This document shows, piece after piece, positions 18,956-29,056 of a stretch of 64,000 bases of DNA. Within the stretch, counting starts at the first letter, position 1; the number at the start of each line of letters is the position of its first letter. Made by a program: the position numbers and the translations under genes. Below the pieces are notes generated by a model. It made no database searches. It saw nothing but the letters and a program-made list of their open reading frames with translations, and was not told where the DNA came from. This DNA comes from Gammaproteobacteria bacterium (GTDB lineage Bacteria > Pseudomonadota > Gammaproteobacteria > CBDBNL01 > JAAOII01), in assembly GCA_965207705.1 (NCBI GenBank), contig OZ242292.1:1033309-1097308 (forward strand), written 5' to 3'.

Positions 18956-19330
18956 TTAACTTATATTGTCAATCCAATGCAGTGTTTCACCTTCAATTGC
19001 CACCACGTCAATGCGGCAAATAGGGATGTTTGCGTCATTATAAAATTTTTGTACATAATGTTGGGCTGCCCGCTCAATCTTTTTCTGTTTGAAATAGTCA
19101 ATGCTTTCCAATGCTCCGCCATAAGCATTATATTTACGGAAACGAACTTCTACAAATACTAGCTCGTCTTTATCTTTCATTATCAAATCAATTTCACCCC
19201 ATCTGCAACGATAGTTTCTACATATAAGTTGCAGTCCTTTGGTGAGCAGGAATCTCTCAGCGCGGTTTTCTGCTTGTTTTCCTATCTCAATAGTTGATGG
19301 ACGCGGGCTGCTATTGGGTTGCCTATTCAT
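18956..19330 (-). CDS. yraN: YraN family (UPF0102) predicted endonuclease
   Basis: 124 aa. Conserved E..A..YL...G block (ENRAERFLLTKGLQLICRNYRCRWGEIDLIM..LVFVEVR). Synteny with lpoA and diaA. Confidence 0.8.
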   Translation of the reverse strand: MNRQPNSSPRPSTIEIGKQAENRAERFLLTKGLQLICRNYRCRWGEIDLIMKDKDELVFVEVRFRKYNAYGGALESIDYFKQKKIERAAQHYVQKFYNDANIPICRIDVVAIEGETLHWIDNIS

Positions 19331-19331
19331 T

Positions 19332-21517
19332 TTATTGAAAGATGCTGCGGTACTTAATGGAACGCGGACGCCCTGCAGAAAAATAAACCTCGCGTGGAAT
19401 GGTAATTATTTCTGAGTCGTTCATAAAAAGTAGTCCACTTTCTCCCAAAACATAATATTCTCCAGTGGTTTTATCGCCGCGTTTGGATGAATACCTTTCC
19501 CTGTGGTCTATAAAACGCGGTAGTGACTGCCCTATGATAAATGCGTCCCGCCCGCGCACATAAAAGCGCAAGGCAAAAATACTATCGGCTTGAAGCGACT
19601 CATCCCAATTACGCAACAATCCTAAAATTCCTGGCAACTCTCCATACCTTACCTGCTGTAAATCACGATAAGTGATGCTGCTAATATCACGGTCATATAA
19701 CAAGAAGGTGCCATAAACTGGAATATCATTGGCAAGATAAAAAGAAAGGTAGGGTCTAACTTGAACTGCCATTATGCTATCCATAGCCAAGAAGATACAG
19801 TCGGCATCAACTCTCTCGTAAGATGCTTGCATTTCGTGAAAAAATTATCAAGCAGCTCTTGAGTACTCACTTCTTCTTCTGTATCACCAGCGATTAGTTT
19901 TAGTTCTTCAAGTATCTCGGGGGTCAATGTACCAGCTGCATCTCTTTGTATTGTAGTGGTACGATTATAATTTTCTTTAGATAGTATAAAAACTTCTTGC
20001 TCACGCAATAATAATTGTATATCTTCATGTGGTAGTAGAATGGGGATATCTTCTTCTTGAGAAACCGTATTTAGTAGTTCATTTAATGTCTTTTCTTCCA
20101 ACCCGCGTTTACGTAATTGGAATAGATAGTTACGATATACTTCTTTACTTGCCTCAACTTCCTCGTTGGTGACCTCTACTATTTCAGAGACGGCTTCTAT
20201 AATCTTTTCTTCTGGGACAATTATTCTATTTTTTACAATCTTACCTCCTAAAGAACGCCATTCCTGCTCCACAGCAGCACTGGCTCTATCTCCCAGCTCA
20301 TTATCCTGTCTAATAATTATCATAGCGCGGCACTCATTCTTCCAAGCAGAACGAGCCGCGAATACTGCGTTTCTTTCAACATCAAGGTTATAACTAAAAA
20401 ATTTATCACGCTTGCCTCCTTTGGGTAGCGCATTAAAAGCCAATATAGGTATGGCAGGTCTTGACACTTCTCTATAAAGCCGCTTTACCTTTTCTTTACG
20501 TAAAGGACCTATTATTAAACTGTTTTTTTCTCTAACAGCTGTGTCATAAAGAGAGCGCACTGAGCTTTCTTGATTAGTATCATATCGTTTGACCTCTACT
20601 GTGGTGTAATGTTGTTTTGCTATGCCTATATAACCAGCTACTATTGCCTCTGAAAAAGATGCAAGCGGACCACTAAAGGGGAGCAAGAATGCAACGTGAA
20701 TGGAGTCACGGGCTGACGTAGAGGAAACTTGGATTAATTCGTCCTGCCTTGAATCAAGCACGGGGAAGTATCTTTCCCCCGGGTGCCGTGGATACGACTC
20801 GCGCCATAGCGAACGAGTGTTGGTTCGTGAATAACTAGGATCTATGTAACTTAGAAGGGCAAAATCATACCAGCCGCGCATGTAGGTATCAGGCGCCAAT
20901 CTTGCTTCATGCAGCAAAGTATCTGCGGATAGAGTATAAAGCATTCTAAGAATTTGTTTTTGGTTGGGAATACTATCCTTAGTGCTGAGTCGTTCATCCA
21001 TAAGAATTAGCATTCGTAAGGCGGTTTTGATATCCCCTCCTGCCTCTAAGGTTGCCGCATAAGATAAGAACCAATCCGTTTGAAAGGCAATGGAGCTGCC
21101 TCTTAGAACTTCATCTCCTACTGGAACTATTTCACGAAAAGCTAGGTTAGGTTTATCAACCAAAAGATAGTAGCGAACCTTTGCCAGTTGAAACCTGAGA
21201 AGCTGAGATACGTTTAGGTCTGCGGTTTTGACACCATTTAATTGGCGGCGCGCTCGGTTGCTATTGCCCTCTTTCAACGCTTCTTCTGCTTCTGCTAGTT
21301 TTACTTCCGCTTCTTCACTTAAGATACGAGCTTCCGCGCGAGTTACAATCGGCTTTTGTGCGACAGAAGGGGTTCTTTTTGAAGGGGCGGTTTGACAAGC
21401 TGCCAATACCAATAGCCCGCACAAGACGAGTAATTTTATTTCTATTCTTAGTTTATTCTTAACTAACACGGGGGCGCAAAACAAAGCGAATATCTTTGCC
21501 AAAAAATCTTTCATCAA
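19332..21517 (-). pseudogene. lpoA: Penicillin-binding protein activator LpoA, split by a 1-nt frameshift in a T6 (coding-strand) homopolymer into ORFs 19772..21517 (581 aa) and 19332..19832 (166 aa)
   Basis: The N-terminal ORF has lipobox VLAAC, TPR-like repeats and the start of the periplasmic-binding-protein-like domain (HVAFLLPFSG). The 166-aa ORF in another frame continues that domain (VDADCIFLAMDS...LQQVRYGELPGILG). Adding one T to the run at 19839..19844 fuses them: ...ELLDNFFHEMQASYERVDAD... A sequencing error at the homopolymer is equally possible. Confidence 0.65.
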
Positions 21518-22664
21518 TTATCTCAAATTTATAAGCATCTTTCATACTATCAACAGTAAGCTCCATTAAAGGAGCGGTCTTAGTTCCCATTATACAAGGG
21601 GAAATATAAAGAATGAACTCATCAACTAAATCTGCGGTTAAAAAAGCACCTGCCAGTCGGGCGCCACTTTCTACCATAAGCTCGTTAATGCCTCGTTGCA
21701 CCAATCTCTCCACCACGCTGGCTAATTGGATGCCGCTCTCACCCTTCCCATCCTTCTCGCCCTTTCCGTCATTCTCGCCTCTCTCGTTATGAGGCAAGGT
21801 AATAACTTCGGTTTCCGTGGGTGCAGTGGGCAGCGCCGCTTGATTCTTGTGATGTTCTTTATTATATTTGTTATCTTGATTGTCCGCTCCAATCCAAAGC
21901 TTAGTTCCTGGGGTAGTGAAAAAGGCGGCATCGGGAGATAGAGTGAAGTTGGTATCCAACACTATACGCAACGGCTGAGTTAGCGGCTGCAGCGAGGAAG
22001 TAGTTTCAAGACGAGCATTAAGACGAGAGTTGTCAGCATTCAAGGTTGCAGCGCCAGTTATCACTGCGCAGCTTTGGGCGCGCCAATAATGGACATCTTT
22101 TCTTGCCTCTTCACCAGTTATCCAACACGGAGAATCTGCTGCAGAAGTATCGGGGTTGGTATTGGAATTGGCATTGCGAAAGGCAGTTGCGCCGTCTAAA
22201 CTTTGCGCCATCTTTAACCTAATCCATGGTCTACCTTTTTTATGACGTTGGATAAAACCCTTATTAAGTTCTGCCGCTTCTTCTGCCAACATTCCAGTGT
22301 TAACTGCGATACCTGCTTGCTTTAATCTGGCAATCCCTTTGCCGTCAACTAATGGATTTGGATCACTTATGGCTATATAAACTTTTGCTACTTTGGCTTT
22401 GATGAGCGCTTCCGTACAGGGGGCTGTCTTGCCTTGATGGCAACAGGGCTCCAAGGTAATATATACATCCGCCCCTTCAGCTTTATCCCCTGCCTGATTA
22501 AGGGCAATTATCTCGGCGTGGGGTTCACCTGCCTTACTATGCCAACCACTTCCAACTTGTTGTCCATCGCGGATTATGATACAACCAACTCGCGGATTGG
22601 GGCTAGTAGAATAAAGCCCTTTCCTTGCCAAACGCAATGCCTCCTCCATTGGGGTCAAACCCAT
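21459..22664 (-). CDS. ribD: Bifunctional riboflavin biosynthesis protein RibD (diaminohydroxyphosphoribosylaminopyrimidine deaminase / 5-amino-6-(5-phosphoribosylamino)uracil reductase)
   Basis: 401 aa. CMP/dCMP-deaminase zinc motif (HAEIIAL...PCCHQGKTAPC) and a RibD reductase C-domain. Contains a Gly/Lys/Asp-rich low-complexity insert (NERGENDGKGEKDGKGESG). Confidence 0.9.
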   Translation of the reverse strand: MGLTPMEEALRLARKGLYSTSPNPRVGCIIIRDGQQVGSGWHSKAGEPHAEIIALNQAGDKAEGADVYITLEPCCHQGKTAPCTEALIKAKVAKVYIAISDPNPLVDGKGIARLKQAGIAVNTGMLAEEAAELNKGFIQRHKKGRPWIRLKMAQSLDGATAFRNANSNTNPDTSAADSPCWITGEEARKDVHYWRAQSCAVITGAATLNADNSRLNARLETTSSLQPLTQPLRIVLDTNFTLSPDAAFFTTPGTKLWIGADNQDNKYNKEHHKNQAALPTAPTETEVITLPHNERGENDGKGEKDGKGESGIQLASVVERLVQRGINELMVESGARLAGAFLTADLVDEFILYISPCIMGTKTAPLMELTVDSMKDAYKFEIIDERFFGKDIRFVLRPRVS

Positions 22665-22666
22665 CC

Positions 22667-25036
22667 CTATTGCTCTCGGCGCAAAATCAGTTCTTTCTTA
22701 TCCACTGATATGCGAATCACCCCGCCTTTCTTTTCAAGGCCACCAAACAGCATCATATCAGCTAGCGGCATTTTAATTTTCTCTTTAATTAAACGGATGA
22801 GCGGGCGGGCTCCCATGACTGCATCATAGCCGCGAGTGGCAAGCCATTTACGAGCAGCTGCATCTATCTCCAAGGTGATATTGCGCTCAATTACCTGCTC
22901 TTGCAATTCATCAATAAATTTAACCACCACCTGCTCCATAACTAACGGGGTTAGACCCTCAAACTGAATTATCGCATCTAATCGGTTGCGAAACTCGGGG
23001 CTAAAAGTACTGATAATTGCCTGAGAGCTATCATGAGGTTCGCCGCCAGTAAACCCGCTGGAACGTTGTTGTAACTTATCAGCGCCAGCATTAGTGGTAA
23101 CTATAACGATGGTGTTGCGAAAATCTGTCTTAACCCCGCTATTATCGGTAAGCGAAGCATAGTCCATTATCTGTAGCAGAATGTTATATATGTTGGGATG
23201 CGCTTTTTCCATTTCATCAAAAAGAACAATAGAGTGCGGCGCCTTCATCACTGCGGCAGTCAGCTGACTGCCATTATCAAAACCAACATAGCCGGGAGGC
23301 GCTCCCACCAGCCGAGCCACTGTATGGCTTTCGGAATATTCTGACATGTCAAATCTTATGAGATTAATCCCTGATAGTTGCGCCAATTTTAAACATACTT
23401 CTGTCTTGCCTACTCCTGTAGGACCTGCCAACATATAGCATCCTAATGGACGACCAGGTTGGTTAAGTTCTGCTCGCGACATCTTAATGGCGCTTACCAA
23501 TTGCTTAATTGCTGAGGTTTGTCCAAAAATATTTTGACATAACTCTTCTTCTAAATTTTTTAGCTGGAGGCGAGTATCATCAGTTAAACTCTCCAACGGT
23601 AAGCCAGTTACCTTCGCTACCGCCTGTTGTATCTCGTGTTTATCTATTAGAATCTTTTTTGCGCGGGCAGATTTATTATTGGATTTACCGCTGGGATAAT
23701 TGCCGATATTGGCTTTATAATTTTCTCCTATACCGCCAGCGCCGAAGCCGTTGCCTATCATAGATTTATTCTGCTCTATAATTTTTTGAAACGCTCCTGC
23801 CTCGTCTAGAATATCTATTGCCTTGTCTGGCTGATGCCTTGCGGTGATGTGCCGATCCGACAGAGTAATCGCTGCCTTCATCCCTTCCGCAGTGTAGCGC
23901 ACCTTATGGAAACTCTCCAGACGCGGCCTCACTCCTTCCAACACTCTATACGTCTCATCAAAATCAAGCTTACCAATCTCCACTGTCTGAAAGTGGCGAG
24001 ATAGAGTGTTATCCTTGCCTAATACCGAACGATAACTTTCGTAACTAGTTGACCCAATACAACGGATTGAGCCGCTGGAAATTGCTGGCTTAAATAACCC
24101 AGAAGCATCCACATTATCTGGTCCCGCCGCGCCAGCGCCTATTAGCGAATGTATGTCATCTATAAAGAGAATAGCGTTCTTTTTTTTCTTTAGTTGAGTA
24201 ATAACCGTCTTTACGCGTTTTTCAAAATCACCGCGATATCTTGTGCCTGCTAGTAAACTTCCTAAATCCAATGAGTATATTTCACAATTGGCAATGCTCT
24301 CCGGTACCTCACCTTCTTCTATTGCCATCGCCAGCCCGCGCACCATAGCCGTCTTGCCGACTCCTGGCTCTCCTATGAGCAGGGGATTGTTCTTGCGTTG
24401 GCGCGCTAAAACCTGTAATATGCGCTCCATAGCGTCTGCTCTGCCTACTAGAGGATCTGCTCCTTCCTTTATAACTTTTTCGTTAAGATTGAGCGCAAAG
24501 GTTTCAAGCACATTTTCGCCCTTGCCCGAAGGATAACCGAAAGTTGGCTGTGATTCAGGGTGCTTGGTGTGCGGTTGATAATAGGTGCCATCCAGAATAG
24601 GTTTGCTATATATATTTTGCAAGTAATCGTTAGCATCCTCTACATTAACCCCTTGATATTTCAGCAAATAAACCGCATTGCTGTCTTCCTCTTCAAACAT
24701 TGCGCGCAAAACCATATTACCTTTAACCGCATCTGTTGGATTTGGGGAAATGGCGATGGTCAGTGCCTCCGCTCGTTGCAATACCCGTTGCAGAGCAACC
24801 GTTGACTGAGCTTTGGCTCCTTTTTCGCTGGGAGAAATTTTATTCTCAGAGATAAACTCAGTAAGACGGGATTGTAGTTCTTTTATATCAACATTACAAA
24901 ATGATAATGCTTCTGCAGTATCTTTATCGCGACAAAGGGAAAACAGCAGGTACTCTAAAGTAACATAACCATTGTTGTGCCCGTTCGCCATTTTTTGCGC
25001 TTCCTGTAGGGCGAGTTGTAAATCCTTACTTAACAT
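22667..25036 (-). CDS. clpA: ATP-dependent Clp protease ATP-binding subunit ClpA
   Basis: 789 aa. Clp N-domain and two AAA+ modules with Walker A motifs (GEPGVGKTA and GPTGVGKTE). Downstream of clpS. Confidence 0.95.
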   Translation of the reverse strand: MLSKDLQLALQEAQKMANGHNNGYVTLEYLLFSLCRDKDTAEALSFCNVDIKELQSRLTEFISENKISPSEKGAKAQSTVALQRVLQRAEALTIAISPNPTDAVKGNMVLRAMFEEEDSNAVYLLKYQGVNVEDANDYLQNIYSKPILDGTYYQPHTKHPESQPTFGYPSGKGENVLETFALNLNEKVIKEGADPLVGRADAMERILQVLARQRKNNPLLIGEPGVGKTAMVRGLAMAIEEGEVPESIANCEIYSLDLGSLLAGTRYRGDFEKRVKTVITQLKKKKNAILFIDDIHSLIGAGAAGPDNVDASGLFKPAISSGSIRCIGSTSYESYRSVLGKDNTLSRHFQTVEIGKLDFDETYRVLEGVRPRLESFHKVRYTAEGMKAAITLSDRHITARHQPDKAIDILDEAGAFQKIIEQNKSMIGNGFGAGGIGENYKANIGNYPSGKSNNKSARAKKILIDKHEIQQAVAKVTGLPLESLTDDTRLQLKNLEEELCQNIFGQTSAIKQLVSAIKMSRAELNQPGRPLGCYMLAGPTGVGKTEVCLKLAQLSGINLIRFDMSEYSESHTVARLVGAPPGYVGFDNGSQLTAAVMKAPHSIVLFDEMEKAHPNIYNILLQIMDYASLTDNSGVKTDFRNTIVIVTTNAGADKLQQRSSGFTGGEPHDSSQAIISTFSPEFRNRLDAIIQFEGLTPLVMEQVVVKFIDELQEQVIERNITLEIDAAARKWLATRGYDAVMGARPLIRLIKEKIKMPLADMMLFGGLEKKGGVIRISVDKKELILRREQ

Positions 25037-25092
25037 CTTATGCTTTTACTTGCATGTATCCTGCATTTATATAGTCCCTGTTCTCTGTTCAG

Positions 25093-25422
25093 TTACTCTT
25101 GAATCCTTTCTATGACACACTCTAATAAACATTCGTTATCCGATGCCAGCTTTTCTACTTCTGATGCTTTGGTTTCAGCAATCTCTCGCACAAAGACGCC
25201 GCATGCTGCGCGCCCTTCTTTGCTCATCTGCGACATCATCTTGACAACCGAATTACGATCTAATCCAAAAACTCTTATCATAACCTGTTCAACGAAATCT
25301 GGCGGCGCCTTACTGTTGTGTATTACCACTACCCGATACTTAGACGGGGGTAAGGGATTGGCGCCAGAACGAGATCTACTTTCTGGTAGCGAACTAGCTG
25401 CGGGCTTATCATCAAATTTCAT
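25093..25422 (-). CDS. clpS: ATP-dependent Clp protease adaptor ClpS
   Basis: 109 aa, ClpS fold blocks (YRVVVIHNSKAPPDFVEQVMIRVF). Immediately upstream of clpA. Confidence 0.9.
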   Translation of the reverse strand: MKFDDKPAASSLPESRSRSGANPLPPSKYRVVVIHNSKAPPDFVEQVMIRVFGLDRNSVVKMMSQMSKEGRAACGVFVREIAETKASEVEKLASDNECLLECVIERIQE

Positions 25423-25555
25423 ACCTGTTATTATATAACTTTTTTATACTTTTGTTAAGTTTCATTAAAACTCTGTGTTTTTTTAATATGGCTGCTACCA
25501 GAAAGATTAATTGATGAAAAAAGAGATTTATGACATAAGTAACCTGGAAGAAATA

Positions 25556-26176
25556 TTAATTATTGCATTTGCTCCGTTTTGCTTTCTTTTTCCGATCAGA
25601 TTCGACTTGTTTCATCGCTTGCGCAGGATCATGTGGGCGTGAACCACTCGGCGGCTCTCTACTATATTTTTCATAATATGCTTGGAACACAAAATATGGA
25701 TATACATAATCCTTTACATAATCATATAAATTATCTGCATCAATATCAGTATGAAATGCCAAGCAGCACCAGCATATACCATTAAGTTTATTTAAATGCA
25801 CATCTCGCAACTCTTTACCTAATCTTTTTCTTGTCTTTTCAATCCTTCCTGATTTTTCGAAAACCATAGGGAAGCCCCATTGATCGCGGGCATCTTCATT
25901 ATTGCCAAGACGTATCTTAATTTTATATCCGGGTGGTTTATCGTCAACTAAATGCCTTAATTTGTTAGCATCTTCTCCTGGTTTTAATGGCCCAATACGC
26001 CATGGGCTTTTTGTACTTTCTCTAAAATACTTAACACGAAAATATAAATTCCCTTGTATAGTTTCATGTTTTGGATCGTATTCTAAATCAGGGAAAAATT
26101 TTTTTATCCGTTCGAAATGTTCTTTTGAATAAGCTATGCATAATCCTTTATTCAAATGGGCCGCTCTTAAATTCAA
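25556..26176 (-). CDS. Uncharacterised 206-aa protein, third gene of the patatin-nucleotidyltransferase operon
   Basis: ORF separated from the nucleotidyltransferase gene by only 12 nt. Cys/His cluster (GICWCCLAFH), basic C-terminal tail (KKKAKRSKCNN). AT-rich. No recognisable family. Confidence 0.5.
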   Translation of the reverse strand: MNLRAAHLNKGLCIAYSKEHFERIKKFFPDLEYDPKHETIQGNLYFRVKYFRESTKSPWRIGPLKPGEDANKLRHLVDDKPPGYKIKIRLGNNEDARDQWGFPMVFEKSGRIEKTRKRLGKELRDVHLNKLNGICWCCLAFHTDIDADNLYDYVKDYVYPYFVFQAYYEKYSREPPSGSRPHDPAQAMKQVESDRKKKAKRSKCNN

Positions 26177-26188
26177 AAGCTAGTTCTG

Positions 26189-27211
26189 TTATAAAGATAG
26201 CGCATAGGGCTTGACTGCATCAACAATTGGAATTGAGGCGGTTGCTGCTGGCGTTATTTTGCCTCCTGAATTATTATTAGAGGTGTCTCCATTTAATTTT
26301 CCGAACTTATCGCCGAAAATCTTTCTCCATTCTTTTACACATTCATCATGGTTCTCTGCTTTATAAGCATCATTAATGAAATTATTATAGTCATTAAATA
26401 TTTTTCTGAATTTAGAATAGCCGTCTTGATTCCATCTGTCTGCAAAATTTTCACTCTCAAGTATTGGATTTTGAATTCTGGGAAGAGCTTCATTCTGCTG
26501 TAAGTAATCGTTTATTCTATTGACAAGAGTTTTTAAGCAGGTAGGGAGATTAGCAAAATCCGCATCATCATACTCATCATCATCTTGCACCTGCGCCCCT
26601 ATGAGTGTAGTTAATATTATTGATTTAATATCAAATTTTTTACTATGGTCTCTAGAATACTTTAATAATCTTGTGACTTTACGAATAAGGTTCCCTCCAA
26701 TTTTTTTATTTTTTTCTACCAACCATTTTTTATAGCCATCGCCATCAGTTAGCTCATAGCATTTATCATTTGAATTACAAATATAATATAAATAATCATT
26801 CTCCCCATTAGCAACTCTTATACAAGGAACCAGATCGAGATGAAAATCTCCCGCATAATCTAGTGTGACGCATCTATTATTCTTTTCGACTATATCCTTA
26901 TAGTTTGCATCTGCACGAAATACTTCATATATATCATTCACATAATCTACAAATGTATTTGCATCAAACTCATCACCCTTTATCATTATTAATACATCAG
27001 CGTCAAATCCAGTATCAGCGTCAACTGGTTTAATTATAGTTTTTAATGCATAGGATCCTTGAGTTTCAAAAGTTCTATAGGGTACGTATTTATCTTTCAA
27101 ATAACTAGTGATGATATCAATTTTTGATTCCAATAGCGCTACGCGTGATTTATTGAGATTGACTTCGTCTTTAAGAAAGTCATCAAAATAACCTATAATT
27201 TCGTTAATCAT
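26189..27211 (-). CDS. Pol-beta-fold nucleotidyltransferase with cGAS/DncV-like (CD-NTase/SMODS-type) active-site pattern
   Basis: 340 aa. GS (res 52-53), then 10 residues, then D-A-D (KPVDADTGFDADV), and a downstream hDh strand (FHLDLVP), i.e. GS-x(n)-[DE]h[DE]...h[DE]h. Helical C-terminal half. Directly downstream (65 nt) of a patatin phospholipase gene. Confidence 0.55.
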   Translation of the reverse strand: MINEIIGYFDDFLKDEVNLNKSRVALLESKIDIITSYLKDKYVPYRTFETQGSYALKTIIKPVDADTGFDADVLIMIKGDEFDANTFVDYVNDIYEVFRADANYKDIVEKNNRCVTLDYAGDFHLDLVPCIRVANGENDYLYYICNSNDKCYELTDGDGYKKWLVEKNKKIGGNLIRKVTRLLKYSRDHSKKFDIKSIILTTLIGAQVQDDDEYDDADFANLPTCLKTLVNRINDYLQQNEALPRIQNPILESENFADRWNQDGYSKFRKIFNDYNNFINDAYKAENHDECVKEWRKIFGDKFGKLNGDTSNNNSGGKITPAATASIPIVDAVKPYALSL

Positions 27212-27276
27212 GGCTAGTTAATAGGGCTAGTATCTTAAATTTCAAGTACTATTATTCGTTTTAATTGAGAATCTAA

Positions 27277-28251
27277 TTATTTTGAGAAAAATTTCTTAAA
27301 ATCTTCTTTTTTACCCTTAAATTTTTCTTCCGCCCTTCTCTTAAGGGCGGGGATTACCTTAATGTCATCAAGAGATATTTTTTCAACAGTATAATCGACT
27401 CTCATATATCTATCTTTAAGCATCAATTCCAGTGAATTATGAGGGAAGTCTTTTTGGATATGCATAACAAAATCAATGAGTTTTTTATTCTTCCATCCCG
27501 TTAAAAAACCCCATTTCTTTGAAAAATCTTTCTGCTTATAACCTTCTCTCGACTTGCCTGTACCTAATGAAAGTAATTTTATATCAGCGTGCTGAGATTC
27601 AAAGTTACTTAATGCTTCGATATAGCCCACCAAAGCAGGATTATTAGCCCACAGCCCTCCATCACATAACAAGGCACCCTTAACCATGGTGGGGTCAAAG
27701 TAAGTTGGCGCACAACAAGAAGCTAAAACTGCCTGCCATAGAGGGATGCATCCATCGCGTGCATACCCTTTTTTTCCTCTTATTTTTTCCTGATAATTAG
27801 ATTTAAATACCTGAACCCCCCAATTAGAAATATTTACAGCATTTATAATCAAGGGTTTATCTATATCTTTTAATAATGTGCCTCCCATCTCCTTCTCTAA
27901 AAATTTTCTAAGAGAACTAGTTTTATATATAGAGGCACATAGCCCCTCCCCCAAAAGTTGTTCTAAAAATCTACAAAGTATATTATGGTTAGTTTTTTTA
28001 AAAATACCAGGGGAACTATTTTCAAATTGATCTATTAATCTATCTAAGGGGTATCCTATCGCAACAGCCGCTGCTACAATAGCTCCCGTGCTTGTTCCAA
28101 CAATTAAATCAAAATATTCCCTAATATCAATGCTCAGTTCCTTCTCTATTTTGTGAAGAATCATAGCCGGGTATATTCCACGAACCCCGCCGCCATCAAT
28201 TGTTAGAATTTTAATTTCACCCCTATAGCCCTTTAGTTTTTCCTTCATCAT
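27277..28251 (-). CDS. Patatin-like phospholipase (CapV-like effector)
   Basis: 324 aa. Oxyanion-hole motif DGGGVRG (res 19-25), GxSxG nucleophile motif GTSTG, catalytic-dyad Asp in LLCDGGLWANNP. Confidence 0.85.
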   Translation of the reverse strand: MMKEKLKGYRGEIKILTIDGGGVRGIYPAMILHKIEKELSIDIREYFDLIVGTSTGAIVAAAVAIGYPLDRLIDQFENSSPGIFKKTNHNILCRFLEQLLGEGLCASIYKTSSLRKFLEKEMGGTLLKDIDKPLIINAVNISNWGVQVFKSNYQEKIRGKKGYARDGCIPLWQAVLASCCAPTYFDPTMVKGALLCDGGLWANNPALVGYIEALSNFESQHADIKLLSLGTGKSREGYKQKDFSKKWGFLTGWKNKKLIDFVMHIQKDFPHNSLELMLKDRYMRVDYTVEKISLDDIKVIPALKRRAEEKFKGKKEDFKKFFSK

Positions 28252-28354
28252 TCAGATTAAGGTTATTTGTAGCAGCTCAATCTTTAAGCCCCATCTCCAT
28301 AAAATTCTTGAGTCATAGCGGCTAATCTCAACTTTCATTTTCTGTGCTGCGTAA

Positions 28355-29056
28355 TTACAGTTGTTCTGAATATAGCTTACTTATACTCGCTTTATCAAAT
28401 ATTCCTGGCAAAAATACTATAAAGCCATTATCAAGACGTTTTAGTTTGCCTTTCCATTCTTCTTGCCAACGGGCAAATGGTACCGATGGTTGTTTTTTTA
28501 TAAGTGTAAAAGGATCACCTTTAGGAATGTCATAAGTTATATTAATAATAATTTTCTTTCTCTTGGTAATCGGGCGAGGTACTCGCTCTTCGCGACTTAA
28601 AGTTTCTTTCTTTATTTGAATAGGTATTATCTGCTTCCCGTTACTTACTTGCATGTCGATGCCTTGCCAATCGAGTTCTGCATTCATTTCTACTGTATCA
28701 AATATTTCTTCGGCAATGTAACCAGCATGAATTTGGGTAAGCAAGCTTGCCCAAGTACGATATATTCTGGCAGGAAGTCCTCTATGAAAAGTTTCATAGC
28801 TAAATTGAGATTTCCTTCTAAATTCTTCCAGTTCTGGCTTCAAATCTTTAGAATACTTTGCATAAAACTTCTCATAATTAAGATAGTTAGAATAATTATC
28901 CCAGTATGTTTGATAAATATGCTTAAGGGCTTGTATATTGCGAGGTAAATCAAGTTCTACTATTTTAATTCGGGAGTATTTCTCTCTATAAGCTGAGGTG
29001 TCTATTCCGGAGAGGAATTTCTCAAATTTCTCTACTGATCGCATTGTTGCAACCAA
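28355..29056 (-). CDS. Hypothetical 233-aa protein, candidate type II restriction endonuclease partner of the upstream methyltransferase
   Basis: Start overlaps the methyltransferase stop by 25 nt (translational coupling). AT-rich. Possible degenerate PD-(D/E)xK-like segment (QGIDMQVSNGKQIIPIQIKKE). No family recognisable by eye. Confidence 0.4.
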   Translation of the reverse strand: MVATMRSVEKFEKFLSGIDTSAYREKYSRIKIVELDLPRNIQALKHIYQTYWDNYSNYLNYEKFYAKYSKDLKPELEEFRRKSQFSYETFHRGLPARIYRTWASLLTQIHAGYIAEEIFDTVEMNAELDWQGIDMQVSNGKQIIPIQIKKETLSREERVPRPITKRKKIIINITYDIPKGDPFTLIKKQPSVPFARWQEEWKGKLKRLDNGFIVFLPGIFDKASISKLYSEQL

